Source: Vicinamibacterales bacterium
Lineage (GTDB): Bacteria > Acidobacteriota > Vicinamibacteria > Vicinamibacterales > SCN-69-37
Assembly (NCBI GenBank): GCA_035519535.1
Contig: DATIWF010000104.1
Location: forward strand, 2,185-66,184
Length of the DNA: 64,000 nt
Direction of reading: 5' to 3'
How positions within the stretch are numbered: the stretch's first letter is position 1; each line of letters opens with the position of its first letter. Made by a program: the position numbers and the translations under genes. The notes beneath the pieces were generated by a model, which was given only the letters and a program-made list of their open reading frames with translations, was not told where the DNA came from and made no database searches. This document shows, in pieces, positions 55,278-64,000 of the stretch.

Positions 55278-56108
55278 CTACTTCGACTTCCGCAGCTCGG
55301 CGATGATCGCCTCGAGCGCGGCGATGACTTCCGTGCGATCGACGTCGCTCCGTCGAAACTGCAGTCGCAGATTGAACGCCTTGGTCGGCGGTCGGTACTG
55401 GAAGACGTAGGCCTTCGGTCGCCCGAACTTTGGCTTCGCGACGACCTTGCGCGCCTGCTCGCGCGTGATCGCGCCCGTGCGGCCCTCGCGCGTCAGCTGC
55501 TCGACCAGCGCAATCATTTTCTGTGGCGTCTGCTGCCTAACTACCTGTAGAAGCAATGACTTAGAGGAAATGTCGGCCAGCCGACAGAGGTTGCGCACCT
55601 CATCGGGCATCTCGGCCAGCGCCAACGACTCCGTGATCGACGTCCGGGACTTCCCGAGGCGCTTCGCCAGGTCCTCATGCGTGTAGCCGCATCGCGCCGC
55701 CAGCCCCGACAACGCTTCGGCTTCTTCAAACGGCCCCAGGTCCTTGCGTTGGAGGTTCTCGACGAGCGCCACTTCGATGATCTCCGTGTCGTCCACGTCG
55801 CGAATGACGACCGGGAGCTCGCGGAGGCCCACCTGCACCGCGGCCTGATAGCGGCGCTCACCCGCGACGATCTGATACCGCCCGCCCCGCTGCCGGACGA
55901 TGAGCGGTTCGATAACCCCCTTCTCGGCGATCGACGCCATGAGCTCCGAGAGATCGCCCATCACCTGTCGCGGCTGGTCCGGGTTCGGGTCGACCTGGTC
56001 GATCGGCACGAGGCGCCCGATTGGCGATCCGGCCGAGCTCGCCAGCGCCTCGACGTAGTGCGCGTCGTGGCGCATCTTGAGAGACAACGGCAGTCCACGC
56101 TTAGACAC
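55278..56108 (-). CDS. parB: Chromosome partitioning protein ParB
   Basis: It has the ParB box GVIEPLIVRQRGGRYQIVAGERRYQAA and the HTH HEDLAKRLGKSRTSITESL. The proposed GTG 56106-56108 overlaps the parA stop by 8 nt; the alternative is ATG 56075. Confidence 0.88.
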   Translation of the reverse strand: MSKRGLPLSLKMRHDAHYVEALASSAGSPIGRLVPIDQVDPNPDQPRQVMGDLSELMASIAEKGVIEPLIVRQRGGRYQIVAGERRYQAAVQVGLRELPVVIRDVDDTEIIEVALVENLQRKDLGPFEEAEALSGLAARCGYTHEDLAKRLGKSRTSITESLALAEMPDEVRNLCRLADISSKSLLLQVVRQQTPQKMIALVEQLTREGRTGAITREQARKVVAKPKFGRPKAYVFQYRPPTKAFNLRLQFRRSDVDRTEVIAALEAIIAELRKSK

Positions 56109-56856
56109 GATCCATGACCTCCTCGCAGAGGCGGTAGTACTCGGTCGCCCCGGACGAGTCCGGCGCGAACTTGAAAATCGATTCCTTGTAGGCCGGACTT
56201 TCCTCGAGCCGCACGCTCTTAGTGATGACCGTGCGGAACACTTTCTTGCCAAAGACCTTGTCGATCTGCATGCGGATGTCACGCGCGAGGGCTGTGCGCT
56301 TGTCGTGCATCGTGATGACCACGCCCAGGATGCGCAGCGTCGGATTGGCCCGCGCCCGCACTTTCTCGATCGTCTCGAGGAGGTCGTCCGTGCCCTCGAG
56401 CGCGAAGTAGGACGACTGAATCGGAATGAGCAGGTGCGTCGCGGCCACGAGCGCGTTGACCGTCAGCAGACCCAGCGCCGGCGGACAGTCGATGACGACC
56501 GCCTCGAAGTCGTTGGCCACGGTCGCCAGCCGATCCTTCAGCCGGAAGTGGGAATCCAACTCCCCCACGAGCCGGCCCTCGAGCTTGGCCAACGCAATCC
56601 GCGACGGCGCGACCCAGAGATTGGGCTGCGCCGTCGGCTTGATGACGTCGCCCATCGCGATGTGCGGGTCGACGATCGCGTCATAGACCGATCGCTCGAC
56701 ACCCGCGATGTCCACGTACGACATCGTGCTGTTGGCCTGCGGGTCGAGGTCGATGAGCAGGGTCTTCTTCTTCCGCAGCGCAAACGCTGCCGCCAGGTTG
56801 ATGGCTGTGGTCGTCTTGCCGACGCCGCCCTTCTGGTTGGCGATTGCGATGATCAT
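56101..56856 (-). CDS. parA: Chromosome partitioning ATPase ParA/Soj
   Basis: 251 aa with the deviant Walker A motif NQKGGVGKTTT. Confidence 0.95.
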   Translation of the reverse strand: MIIAIANQKGGVGKTTTAINLAAAFALRKKKTLLIDLDPQANSTMSYVDIAGVERSVYDAIVDPHIAMGDVIKPTAQPNLWVAPSRIALAKLEGRLVGELDSHFRLKDRLATVANDFEAVVIDCPPALGLLTVNALVAATHLLIPIQSSYFALEGTDDLLETIEKVRARANPTLRILGVVITMHDKRTALARDIRMQIDKVFGKKVFRTVITKSVRLEESPAYKESIFKFAPDSSGATEYYRLCEEVMDRV

Positions 56857-56929
56857 GAACGGCGCGGCCGGCCTGCCGCACCGAGGCCCATTCTAGGGAG
56901 GCCCGTTGGGGCCCGTCAAGAAGAATCCC

Positions 56930-57412
56930 CTACATCTTGTAGCCGAGGTCGTCGGGATCCAAGCTTTCGAGCCACCGTTGCAGCCGCTCGCGGTCCGCCT
57001 GGTCCGTGGAGACGTCAACGGACTTCGCATGATCGAGCACCTTCGTGTCCACGAACACCGGCGTCCGCGTGCGAATCGAGAGCGCGATCGCGTCGCTGGG
57101 CCGCGCGTCGACGAAGATCACGTCCCCACCACGCTTGAGCTCGAGATACGCGTAGAACGTGTTCTCGTGCAGGTCCGAGATGACGACGCGCGTGAGCGTG
57201 GCGCCAAGCTCGACGAGCACCTGCCTGAGCAGATCGTGCGTCATCGGGCGCGGCGGCGCGATGTTCTCGACCTGCAGCGCGATCGCGTTCGCCTCGACCG
57301 GCCCCACCCAGATTGGCAGCACGCGATCGGTCGCCGCCTCGCGCAGCAGCACGATGGGCATGTTCGTCAGCGGGTCCATCATGAGCCCCTTGATCGTCAT
57401 CTCAACGAGCAT
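56930..57412 (-). CDS. Bifunctional nuclease family protein (DUF151/BFN)
   Basis: 160 aa with the family pattern PIVLLREAATDRVLPIWVGPVEANAI...RPMTHDL...DARPSDAIALS. Its ATG overlaps the miaB stop by 11 nt. Confidence 0.8.
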   Translation of the reverse strand: MLVEMTIKGLMMDPLTNMPIVLLREAATDRVLPIWVGPVEANAIALQVENIAPPRPMTHDLLRQVLVELGATLTRVVISDLHENTFYAYLELKRGGDVIFVDARPSDAIALSIRTRTPVFVDTKVLDHAKSVDVSTDQADRERLQRWLESLDPDDLGYKM

Positions 57413-58760
57413 GTCCGGCCTCCTCGGCCATCGCCCCGGCGGCGATCGCCTCGCCGCGCAGGCTGTGCGGCTCCGCTGACGTGATCTGCACGGGCACGAG
57501 CTGGCCGACCCACGCCATCGGGCCCGCGAAGTTCACGACGGTATGCCCCGTCGTGCGCCCCGTGAGCTCCCAGGCGCGACGCCGCGACGGCCCCTCCACG
57601 AGAACCTCGACCGTCGAGCCGACTGCCACGCGGTGCCAGGCGATCTGGATCTCGGCCTGAAGCCGCTGCAGCGCGACGATCCGCCTCGTCTTCTCCCCTT
57701 CCGTCACATCGTCGGCCAGCCGCTTCATCGCCAGGGTGTTGGGACGCGGCGAGTACTTGAAGGAATACATCGCCTGGAACCGGGCCCGGCGTACGAGGTC
57801 GAGCGTGAGCTCGAAGTCCGCGACCGTCTCGCCCGGAAATCCGACGATCATGTCCGTCGAGATCGAGAGTCCAGGCACCACCTCGCGCGCGCGATCGACC
57901 AGCGTCAGATATTCGTCGCGCGTGTAGCGGCGTCGCATCGCGCGGAGCACGGCATCGGAGCCGGATTGGACCGGCAGGTGGAGGTGCTTGCACACGGCCG
58001 GCACGTCTCGAATCGCCGCCAGCAGCCGGTCGGTCACATGGCGCGGATGCGGACTCGCAAACCGGATCCGCGCGAGGCCCGGCACCTGCGCCACGCGCTC
58101 GAGAAGCGCCGCGAAGTCGCACGAGGGGTCGTCGGGCGCCTGATAGTGATTCACAATCTGCCCGAGCAGCTGCACCTCGCGATGGCCGCTCGCCGCGGCC
58201 GCACGCACTTCGGCGACGATGTCGGCCACCGGCCGCATCCGCTCGTGGCCGCGCGTGTACGGCACGACGCAGAACGAACAGAACTCATTGCAGCCCTCGA
58301 TGATCGTGACCCACGCCCGCACGGGATCCGAATGGCGCACCATCCCGAGCGGAAACGACACGTCCTCGTACGGATGGACGTCGATCGCCGGACGGCGCTC
58401 CGCCAGCCGGCGTTCCACGAGCGCGGGGAGCTGCGTGAGCGCCTGCGTGCCGGCGACGACGTCGATGGCGGGATCGTGGCGAATGAGCGCCGCGCCTTCC
58501 TGCTGCGCCACGCAGCCGGTGACGGCGATGATCGGCGGCGTCTCGCGCCCCGCCGTGAGCTCGCGAATCTCGCCGAGCCGCGAGTAGAGTTTCTCCTCCG
58601 CGCGCTCGCGCACGCTGCACGTATTCACGACCACGAGATCGGCCGCCTCCACGGCGGCCGCAGGCTCGTAGCCCGACTGCTCGAGCAGTCCCGCCACGCG
58701 CTCCGAGTCGTGGAAGCTCATCTGACAACCGAACGCCTCGACGAAGTATTTACGCGCCAC
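57402..58760 (-). CDS. miaB: tRNA-2-methylthio-N6-dimethylallyladenosine synthase MiaB
   Basis: It has the MTTase N-domain (FVEAFGCQMSFHDSE), the radical-SAM motif CNEFCSFC and a C-terminal TRAM domain. The proposed GTG 58758-58760 overlaps the recN stop by 11 nt. The longer track ORF start (58880) lies inside recN. Confidence 0.9.
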   Translation of the reverse strand: MARKYFVEAFGCQMSFHDSERVAGLLEQSGYEPAAAVEAADLVVVNTCSVRERAEEKLYSRLGEIRELTAGRETPPIIAVTGCVAQQEGAALIRHDPAIDVVAGTQALTQLPALVERRLAERRPAIDVHPYEDVSFPLGMVRHSDPVRAWVTIIEGCNEFCSFCVVPYTRGHERMRPVADIVAEVRAAAASGHREVQLLGQIVNHYQAPDDPSCDFAALLERVAQVPGLARIRFASPHPRHVTDRLLAAIRDVPAVCKHLHLPVQSGSDAVLRAMRRRYTRDEYLTLVDRAREVVPGLSISTDMIVGFPGETVADFELTLDLVRRARFQAMYSFKYSPRPNTLAMKRLADDVTEGEKTRRIVALQRLQAEIQIAWHRVAVGSTVEVLVEGPSRRRAWELTGRTTGHTVVNFAGPMAWVGQLVPVQITSAEPHSLRGEAIAAGAMAEEAGHAR

Positions 58761-60441
58761 GCCGCCCTTTCGCCCTGCCGGAGCTTTCGCTTTCGCCTTT
58801 TGCTTTCGCTTCGCCTCGTCGAGTGTGCAGCATCTCGCGCGCGGACGCCAGCACCGCGGGCGAGACGGCGACGCCCGCAATCATGCGCGCGATCTCCTCT
58901 TCCCGGCCGGGCTCGTCGAGCCGCGCGAGCGACGTCGTCGTCCGGCCGCCGCGGACGTGCTTGGCGATCTGAAAATGCGCGTCGGCCCGCGCGGCGATCT
59001 GCGGCAGGTGCGTCACCGACAGGATCTGATGCCGACGCGCGAGCGTCTGCAGCCGCGCGCCGACGGCATCGGCCGCGGCGCCGCCGATGCCCGCGTCCAC
59101 CTCGTCGAAAACCAACGTGCGGCCCGGCTCGTCGCGCGCGGCCAGCGTGCGCAAGGCGAGCATGACGCGCGAGAGCTCACCGCCCGACGCGATGCGCGCG
59201 AGGGGACGCAGCTCCTCGCCGGGATTCGGCGAGAGAAAGAACTCGCCTTCGTCCACGCCACTCGCCGTCCAGCGACCCGGCTCGTCCGAGACGTCGACCA
59301 ATCTCACTTCGACCTTCGCATGCGGCATCGCCAGCTCGGCGAGCGCGCCCTGCAGCGACTGGCCGAGGCGGCGGGCGGCGGCCCGGCGCGCCGCGCCCAG
59401 CGTCCTGGCGCCCCCGAGAAACGCCGCGCGAGCCTCGTGTTCGCGCGCCTCGAGCGCCGCCGCGCGCTCGTCGCCGGCCTCGAGCGCCGCGAGCTCCTCC
59501 CGGAGCGCCTGCTGGCGGGCAAGGACATTCGACAGCGCCGGACCATACTTCTTCTTCAGACGCTCGAGGCCCGCAAGCCGGTCCTCGACGGCCTGCAGTC
59601 GGTCCGGCGACGCCTCGAGCCCCGCGCCGTACGATCGAAGGAAGAACGCCAGATCCTCGAGACGCGACTTCAGCTCGTCGCGGTCCTGCAGGTAGGGCCC
59701 GAACCGCGCGTCGAGCGCGGCCAGCTCCCCCACTCGCTTCCAGACGCCACTCAACGCGCCGAGCGCCGCGCCCTCGCCCTCGTAGAGCGCAGCATACGCC
59801 TCGCTCGAGAGCCGGCTCAGCCGATCGGCGTTCGCGAGCACGGTGCGATCCGCGGCGAGCCGCTCGTCCTCATCGGGCTGGGGCGCGATCTTGTCGATCT
59901 CCTGGAGCTCGAAGCTCGCGAGGTCAATCCGTGCGCGTTTCTCGCGCGCATCGAGGCGCGTGCGATCGAGTGCCGCGACGGCAGTGCGCCACGCCTCGTA
60001 CTGCGCGCTGACGGCGGCGACGTCGGCGTGGTGCCCGGCGAACGCGTCGAGCAGATCGACGTGCTCGGCGGGATCGAGCAGAGCCTGATGTTCGTGCTGG
60101 CCGTGCAGATCGATGAGCGACGCGCCCAGGTCGCGAAGCGCCGCCGTCGTCGCGAGCGTGTCGTCGATGAAGGCGCGGCTGCGCCCCTGATTGGAGATCT
60201 CGCGCCGGACGATCGTCTCGCCGCCGCGCGGCCGCTCGAAGATCGCCTGAACGGTGGCCAGGCTCTCGCCGGTGCGCACGAGCTCCGCGCTCGCGCGCCC
60301 GCCGGTCAGGAGATCGATCGCACCGACGACGATGGACTTGCCGGCGCCGGTTTCGCCCGTGAGGACGTTCAGCCCCGGCTCGAATTCGATCTCGACGTGT
60401 TCGATAACGGCCAGGTGCCGGACGCTCAGGAACCGGAGCAT
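58750..60441 (-). CDS. recN: DNA repair protein RecN
   Basis: 563 aa with Walker A GETGAGKS, a long coiled-coil and the C-terminal ASGGELSRVMLAL...LVFDEVDAGIGG. Confidence 0.95.
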   Translation of the reverse strand: MLRFLSVRHLAVIEHVEIEFEPGLNVLTGETGAGKSIVVGAIDLLTGGRASAELVRTGESLATVQAIFERPRGGETIVRREISNQGRSRAFIDDTLATTAALRDLGASLIDLHGQHEHQALLDPAEHVDLLDAFAGHHADVAAVSAQYEAWRTAVAALDRTRLDAREKRARIDLASFELQEIDKIAPQPDEDERLAADRTVLANADRLSRLSSEAYAALYEGEGAALGALSGVWKRVGELAALDARFGPYLQDRDELKSRLEDLAFFLRSYGAGLEASPDRLQAVEDRLAGLERLKKKYGPALSNVLARQQALREELAALEAGDERAAALEAREHEARAAFLGGARTLGAARRAAARRLGQSLQGALAELAMPHAKVEVRLVDVSDEPGRWTASGVDEGEFFLSPNPGEELRPLARIASGGELSRVMLALRTLAARDEPGRTLVFDEVDAGIGGAAADAVGARLQTLARRHQILSVTHLPQIAARADAHFQIAKHVRGGRTTTSLARLDEPGREEEIARMIAGVAVSPAVLASAREMLHTRRGEAKAKGESESSGRAKGRRGA

Positions 60442-60473
60442 GTCGAAGCCGGAACTCTCATGATATCAGACCT

Positions 60474-60502
60474 TTGACAGCATTCTGGGCGCATGCTACG
60501 CT
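60474..60502 (+). promoter_or_regulatory. Candidate sigma70-type promoter TTGACA-N17-(TGC)TACGCT for the tolQRA-tolB operon
   Basis: A consensus -35 TTGACA lies at 60474-60479, followed by an exact 17-nt spacer ending in TGC (extended -10-like) and TACGCT at 60497-60502. It is 52 nt upstream of the tolQ start, in the divergent recN/tolQ gap. Confidence 0.45.
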
Positions 60503-60554
60503 ACCGCGAATTCGCGCTGTTTCCCAGCGGCGCACCTGACCAGAGTTACTGGAG

Positions 60555-61319
60555 GTGTCGTTGCTCGCGCTTGGGACACTGGCCGCCGCGATCGCCCAGG
60601 GCACAGCCGCCGGATCACCCGAGGCGGCGCCGCCGCCATCCGACATCCTCTCGCTGATCTGGCACGCCAGCTTGATCGTGAAGCTGGTCCTCGTGACGCT
60701 GCTGATCTTCTCGGCGGTGTCATGGGGCATCATCGCCTACAAGAAAGTGCAGTTCCAGAAAGCCGCGCGACAGACGTCGTCGTTCCTCGATGTGTTTCGG
60801 CGCAGCAGCCGCTTCTCGGAAGTGCAGGCCGTCTGCGGCAGTCTCGCCGCGAGCCCGCTCGTCGGCCTGTTCCAGGCCGGGTACACCGAATTGAACGCGC
60901 AGCTGCGCGGCGCGGGCGAAAGCAAGCCGGGCGTGCCTGCGTCACGTCCAACGTTACGAAGCCTGGAAGCGGTCGACCGGGCGCTCTTGCGCGCGTCGAC
61001 GACCGAGGTGGCGAAGCTCGAGCACCGCGTGCCGTTTCTCGCGACGACGGCGTCCATCACGCCGTACATCGGGCTGTTCGGCACCGTGCTGGGAATCATG
61101 CGGGCGTTCCAGGACATCGCGGGCGCCGGCGCCACGAGCCTGGGCGTCGTCGCGCCGGGCATCGCGGAAGCGCTCGTGACGACGGCCGCGGGACTTTTCG
61201 CGGCGATCCCGGCCGTGTATTTCTACAATGACTTGACGAGCCACGTGAAAGCGTCGGCGAACGACATGGAGGATTTCTCGATGGAGTTCCTGACGATCGC
61301 CGAGCGGAACTTCACGTAG
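60555..61319 (+). CDS. tolQ: Tol-Pal system protein TolQ (MotA/TolQ/ExbB proton channel)
   Basis: 254 aa with three TM helices and the family block LATTASITPYIGLFGTVLGIMRAF...GIAEALVTTAAGL. The start is GTG 60555 or TTG 60561; the SD GGAGG is at 60551-60555. Confidence 0.9.
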   Translation: MSLLALGTLAAAIAQGTAAGSPEAAPPPSDILSLIWHASLIVKLVLVTLLIFSAVSWGIIAYKKVQFQKAARQTSSFLDVFRRSSRFSEVQAVCGSLAASPLVGLFQAGYTELNAQLRGAGESKPGVPASRPTLRSLEAVDRALLRASTTEVAKLEHRVPFLATTASITPYIGLFGTVLGIMRAFQDIAGAGATSLGVVAPGIAEALVTTAAGLFAAIPAVYFYNDLTSHVKASANDMEDFSMEFLTIAERNFT

Positions 61320-61329
61320 AAAGCGCGAC

Positions 61330-61806
61330 GTGCCGAAGCTCGAGTCACTGCCGAACACGCCGGGTCGCCTGGGCGCGCGCCGCGCACGCGCGCACCGCGT
61401 GGCGAGCTCGCTCGCCGAGATCAACGTCGTGCCGCTCGTGGACGTGATGCTGGTCCTGCTGGTCATCTTCATGGTGGCCGCGCCGATGATGCAGCAGGGC
61501 TTCCCCGTTCACCTGCCGCAATCGCGGCGGTCGACGGCGATCAGCGAGCCGATCACGGTGACCGTGCCGCTCAGCTTTCGCAAGGACGGCAAGGTCCGGC
61601 TGGGCACCGACGCCGTGCCGATCGACGTGCTGGCCGAGCGCGTGCGGCAGGCGCTGACGACGACGTCCTCGCCGAACGTCGTGCTGGCAGGCGACGGCGG
61701 CGTCACGCTGCAGGAGCTGGTGCGAGTGTTCGACAAGCTGATCGAAGGGGGCGTGACGAAGGTCGGCATCCAAACCACGCCGCCCACCGAGGGCCGCAGG
61801 CCGTGA
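61330..61806 (+). CDS. tolR: Tol-Pal system protein TolR (ExbD/TolR family)
   Basis: 158 aa with a single TM containing the conserved Asp (INVVPLVDVMLVLLVIFMV) and a periplasmic ExbD domain. Confidence 0.88.
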   Translation: MPKLESLPNTPGRLGARRARAHRVASSLAEINVVPLVDVMLVLLVIFMVAAPMMQQGFPVHLPQSRRSTAISEPITVTVPLSFRKDGKVRLGTDAVPIDVLAERVRQALTTTSSPNVVLAGDGGVTLQELVRVFDKLIEGGVTKVGIQTTPPTEGRRP

Positions 61807-62582
61807 AGGAAGTCGTGAGCGACGTCATCGCGCTTCGCGGGCACGACCCGCAGGGACTCAGCCGGATGGTCTCGTGGTCGTTCGGGATCCACGTGATCCT
61901 GCTGACGGCCGTCGCGCTCCTGCCGCGCTTGGGCCTGTTCCGGCCGGCGCCCAAGCCGCCGATCATGACGATCAGTCTCGGCGGCACGCCCGGCCCCCGA
62001 TCGACCGGCATGACGCCGATCGGCGGACGGACCGTGGAGCAGGTCGCGCCCGAGCCGAAGCGCCCGACGCCGATCGCGCCGGTCGCCGTGAAGCCGGACG
62101 TGATGACCGTGCCGGAGAAGCCGACGGCCAAGCCGAAGCCGGAGCCGAAGCCGACCGAGACGATGCAGACGCCGTCACCGACACCCAAGCCCACGACCGG
62201 CAAGCAGGTCACGCGGGGCTCGGCGACGATCGAGACCGGGGCGACCGGCCAGGCCGCGGGGCTCACCGTGGGCGGGGGGGGCGGCGGCGCGCAGCTCACC
62301 GTCGACGCCGACTTCTGCTGTCCGGATTACCTCCAGGACGTGATCAATCGCATCAGCGCCGTGTGGCGCAACGTCCAGCCCGAACACGGGACGACGGTCA
62401 TGGTGTTCACGATCAAGCGCGACGGGACGATTGTCGACATCCAGCCGGAACGGAGCAGCGGCAGCACGCTCCTCGATCGTGAATCCAAGGCGACGCTCAT
62501 GAATCCGGCGCTGCGACTGCAACCGCTGCCCGGGCAGTACGTCTCCGATCACCTGACCATCCACCTCAGTTTTCCGTACTGA
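61803..62582 (+). CDS. tolA: TolA-like protein with TonB-type C-terminal domain
   Basis: 259 aa. It has an N-terminal TM (SWSFGIHVILLTAVALL), a Pro/Lys/Glu-rich spacer (PKPEPKPTE...) and a TonB_C-like end (VMVFTIKRDGTIVDIQPERSSGSTLLD). GTGA overlap with the tolR stop. It occupies the tolA slot. Confidence 0.75.
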   Translation: MKEVVSDVIALRGHDPQGLSRMVSWSFGIHVILLTAVALLPRLGLFRPAPKPPIMTISLGGTPGPRSTGMTPIGGRTVEQVAPEPKRPTPIAPVAVKPDVMTVPEKPTAKPKPEPKPTETMQTPSPTPKPTTGKQVTRGSATIETGATGQAAGLTVGGGGGGAQLTVDADFCCPDYLQDVINRISAVWRNVQPEHGTTVMVFTIKRDGTIVDIQPERSSGSTLLDRESKATLMNPALRLQPLPGQYVSDHLTIHLSFPY

Positions 62583-62585
62583 CCT

Positions 62586-64000
62586 ATGACGATTTCGACA
62601 TCCTTCGGAGTGGGCGTGCTCGTTGCCGCTGCTGCGGCCGTCGCCATGACGTCGCGTCCAATGGCGGCGTGGATCAGCGAGCCGCTGCAGGAACAGCAGA
62701 CGGACGTCAAGCTCAGCCTGGTGGGCGCGGGCACCCAGCCGCGCGTCGGCCTGCCGGACTTCACGGCGGACGCCGGCGACGCCGAGCTCGCCGACGCAAC
62801 GAAGACGCTGGTGGAGGTACTCTGGAAAGACCTCGACTTCGAGCGCGAGTACTACCTGATTCCCCGCACGGCGTCGGCCTCGATTCCGGTCGTCGCGGAT
62901 CCCGCCAGCCTGCCCTTCGCACGCTGGAAGGATCTCGGCGCCGACTACGTGATCGTCGGGGTCGTGCACCGCAACGGCGTGAATCTCGATATCGAGTTCC
63001 GGATGGTCGGCGTGAAGGACGAGGACGCCGGCAAGGAGAAGTTCAGCTGGCACTACGGCGGCACGGGCTGCGCGATCAAGAACGTGCGGTTCTGCGCGCA
63101 CTACATCTCGGATGACTTCCACAAGAAGACGCGCGGGCTCGACGGCGTGGCGCGGACGAAGATCGCGTTCGCGTCCGATCGCGACGCGTCGCGCATGACG
63201 GGGCGGCTGATCCAGAACGCCGGCTCGGGCAAGGAGATCTACATCGCGGACTACGACGGCGCGAACCAGCTGCCCGTGACCGCGAATCGGAATCTGAACG
63301 TCGCGCCGGTGTGGTCGCCCGACGCGCGCGACCTCGCGTACACGTCGTGGGTGTCGGGCTTCATGGACATCTACGTGCGAAGCCTCTACGACGCGCGGCC
63401 GCCGACGCGTCCGGCCGGCGTCGACAACAACATCGAGAACAACCTGGCTGCGTGGTCGCCCGACGGCAGCAAGCTCGCGTTCGCGTCGACGCGCAGCGGC
63501 GACTGGGACATCTGGGTGGTGAATCGCGACGGCACGAACCTGCACAACATCACGAACTACCCGCGCGGCACCGACAACGCCCCGGTGTGGTCGCCGACGG
63601 GCGCGCAAATCGCGTTCACGTCCGACCGCACGGGCAGCAACCAGATCTACGTGATCGGCGCCGACGGCGTCGGCCTCCGTCAGCTCACCTTCGGCTGTCA
63701 GGGCTGCGACCGGCCGACGTGGTCGCCGCTCAACGTGATCGCCTACACGGCCGGCGCGGGCCCCGGCCACGACATCTACGCACTCGACCTGGCGACGAAC
63801 AAGACGATCCAGGTCACCGACGGCCAGGGGTCGAACGAGAGTCCGACGTTCGCGCCCAACGGCCGCCACGTCGCGTTCGTCACGACGCGCTGGGGCAAGG
63901 AGCAGGTCGCGGTCATCGCGATCAACGGACGCAAGGACACGCTGCAGCGCATCACCGAAGCCGGCAACAACCGGTATCCCAACTGGTCGCGCACGCCCGG
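62586..64000 (+). CDS. tolB: Tol-Pal system beta-propeller protein TolB (3' end outside the window)
   Basis: I translated this frame by hand from ATG 62586; it is open to the window end and is not in the ORF track because no stop is reached. It has a signal peptide (MTISTSFGVGVLVAAAAAVA), a TolB N-domain (GLPDFTADAGD...DYVIVGVV) and repeated propeller blades (APVWSPDARDLAY, LAAWSPDGSKLAF, APVWSPTGAQIAF, PTFAPNGRHVAF). Confidence 0.92.
   Translation, partial: MTISTSFGVGVLVAAAAAVAMTSRPMAAWISEPLQEQQTDVKLSLVGAGTQPRVGLPDFTADAGDAELADATKTLVEVLWKDLDFEREYYLIPRTASASIPVVADPASLPFARWKDLGADYVIVGVVHRNGVNLDIEFRMVGVKDEDAGKEKFSWHYGGTGCAIKNVRFCAHYISDDFHKKTRGLDGVARTKIAFASDRDASRMTGRLIQNAGSGKEIYIADYDGANQLPVTANRNLNVAPVWSPDARDLAYTSWVSGFMDIYVRSLYDARPPTRPAGVDNNIENNLAAWSPDGSKLAFASTRSGDWDIWVVNRDGTNLHNITNYPRGTDNAPVWSPTGAQIAFTSDRTGSNQIYVIGADGVGLRQLTFGCQGCDRPTWSPLNVIAYTAGAGPGHDIYALDLATNKTIQVTDGQGSNESPTFAPNGRHVAFVTTRWGKEQVAVIAINGRKDTLQRITEAGNNRYPNWSRTP

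Noticed and set aside
54810-56930. A parS site (TGTTNCACGTGAAACA-like) near parAB.
   Set aside because: I found no close match by eye in or around parA and parB. The CACGTG-containing sequences seen elsewhere (for example near 12481 and 33905) do not match the flanks. A pattern search of the whole window and genome is required before concluding absence.
62274-62281. A G8 homopolymer inside the TolA-like gene, considered as a phase-variation switch. A related G7 run lies at 54853-54859.
   Set aside because: The reading frame is intact and encodes a Gly run in the flexible linker of a housekeeping Tol protein. There is no evidence of on/off variation. It is worth remembering only as a likely sequencing-error or slippage hotspot.

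Overview
This is a very GC-rich window (roughly 70% by eye, not computed) with dense coding and many start/stop overlaps. It reads as core chromosome of a diderm bacterium. I call 53 CDS and one tRNA-Arg(CCT). I found no rRNA, CRISPR array, transposase, phage genes or recognisable defence or toxin-antitoxin genes. The gene content suggests Acidobacteriota or Gemmatimonadota, but that is inference only: sortilin-type BNR protein, Tol-Pal cluster, an Lpt/rpoN cluster carrying full-length HprK, and fused Lpt proteins.

Gene order:
- 1-5.7 kb: partial BNR propeller protein, then a minus-strand operon of B12-radical-SAM, DegT aminotransferase and DedA, then an FG-GAP protein.
- 5.8-8.3 kb: aldehyde dehydrogenase, acyP, apt, tRNA-Arg.
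- 8.3-15.1 kb: TPR protein, then a minus-strand array of mutS, orphan SBP, deoxyhypusine-synthase-like gene and agmatinase.
- 15.2-18.3 kb: tsaB-rimI fusion, DUF465, psd, pssA.
- 18.2-25.6 kb: a 1294-aa orphan histidine kinase, a membrane protein coupled to an aminotransferase, and a PQQ-propeller protein.
- 25.6-43.3 kb: a roughly 17.6-kb co-directional run of guaA, dnaE, accA, recJ, giant LptC/LptA-like gene, lptB, rpoN, hpf, hprK, rapZ, EIIA(Man), ptsH, ptsI and a cupin gene.
- 43.3-48.3 kb: a MurNAc/amino-sugar recycling cluster.
- 48.4-54.8 kb: xerD, metK, a PHP hydrolase and fused lptFG.
- 55.3-64.0 kb: parB, parA, a DUF151 nuclease, miaB, recN and tolQRA-tolB.

I see no clearly new 'system' of the defence-island kind. 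The points most worth a second look are:
- single-chain versions of the Lpt machine: a 749-aa TM-anchored multi-OstA protein and a 774-aa LptF-LptG fusion;
- the uncharacterised rSAM-aminotransferase-DedA operon;
- a GHL10 plus beta-lactamase-fold pair embedded in a MurNAc recycling locus;
- structured non-coding elements: two hairpins built from 7-nt repeats and a 468-bp intergenic region with a 51-bp tandem duplication;
- recurring TTGAC(A/C)-N17-TACGCT promoters and several leaderless-type start geometries.

Many very long 'ORFs' in the six-frame track are GC-driven shadow frames and are rejected.
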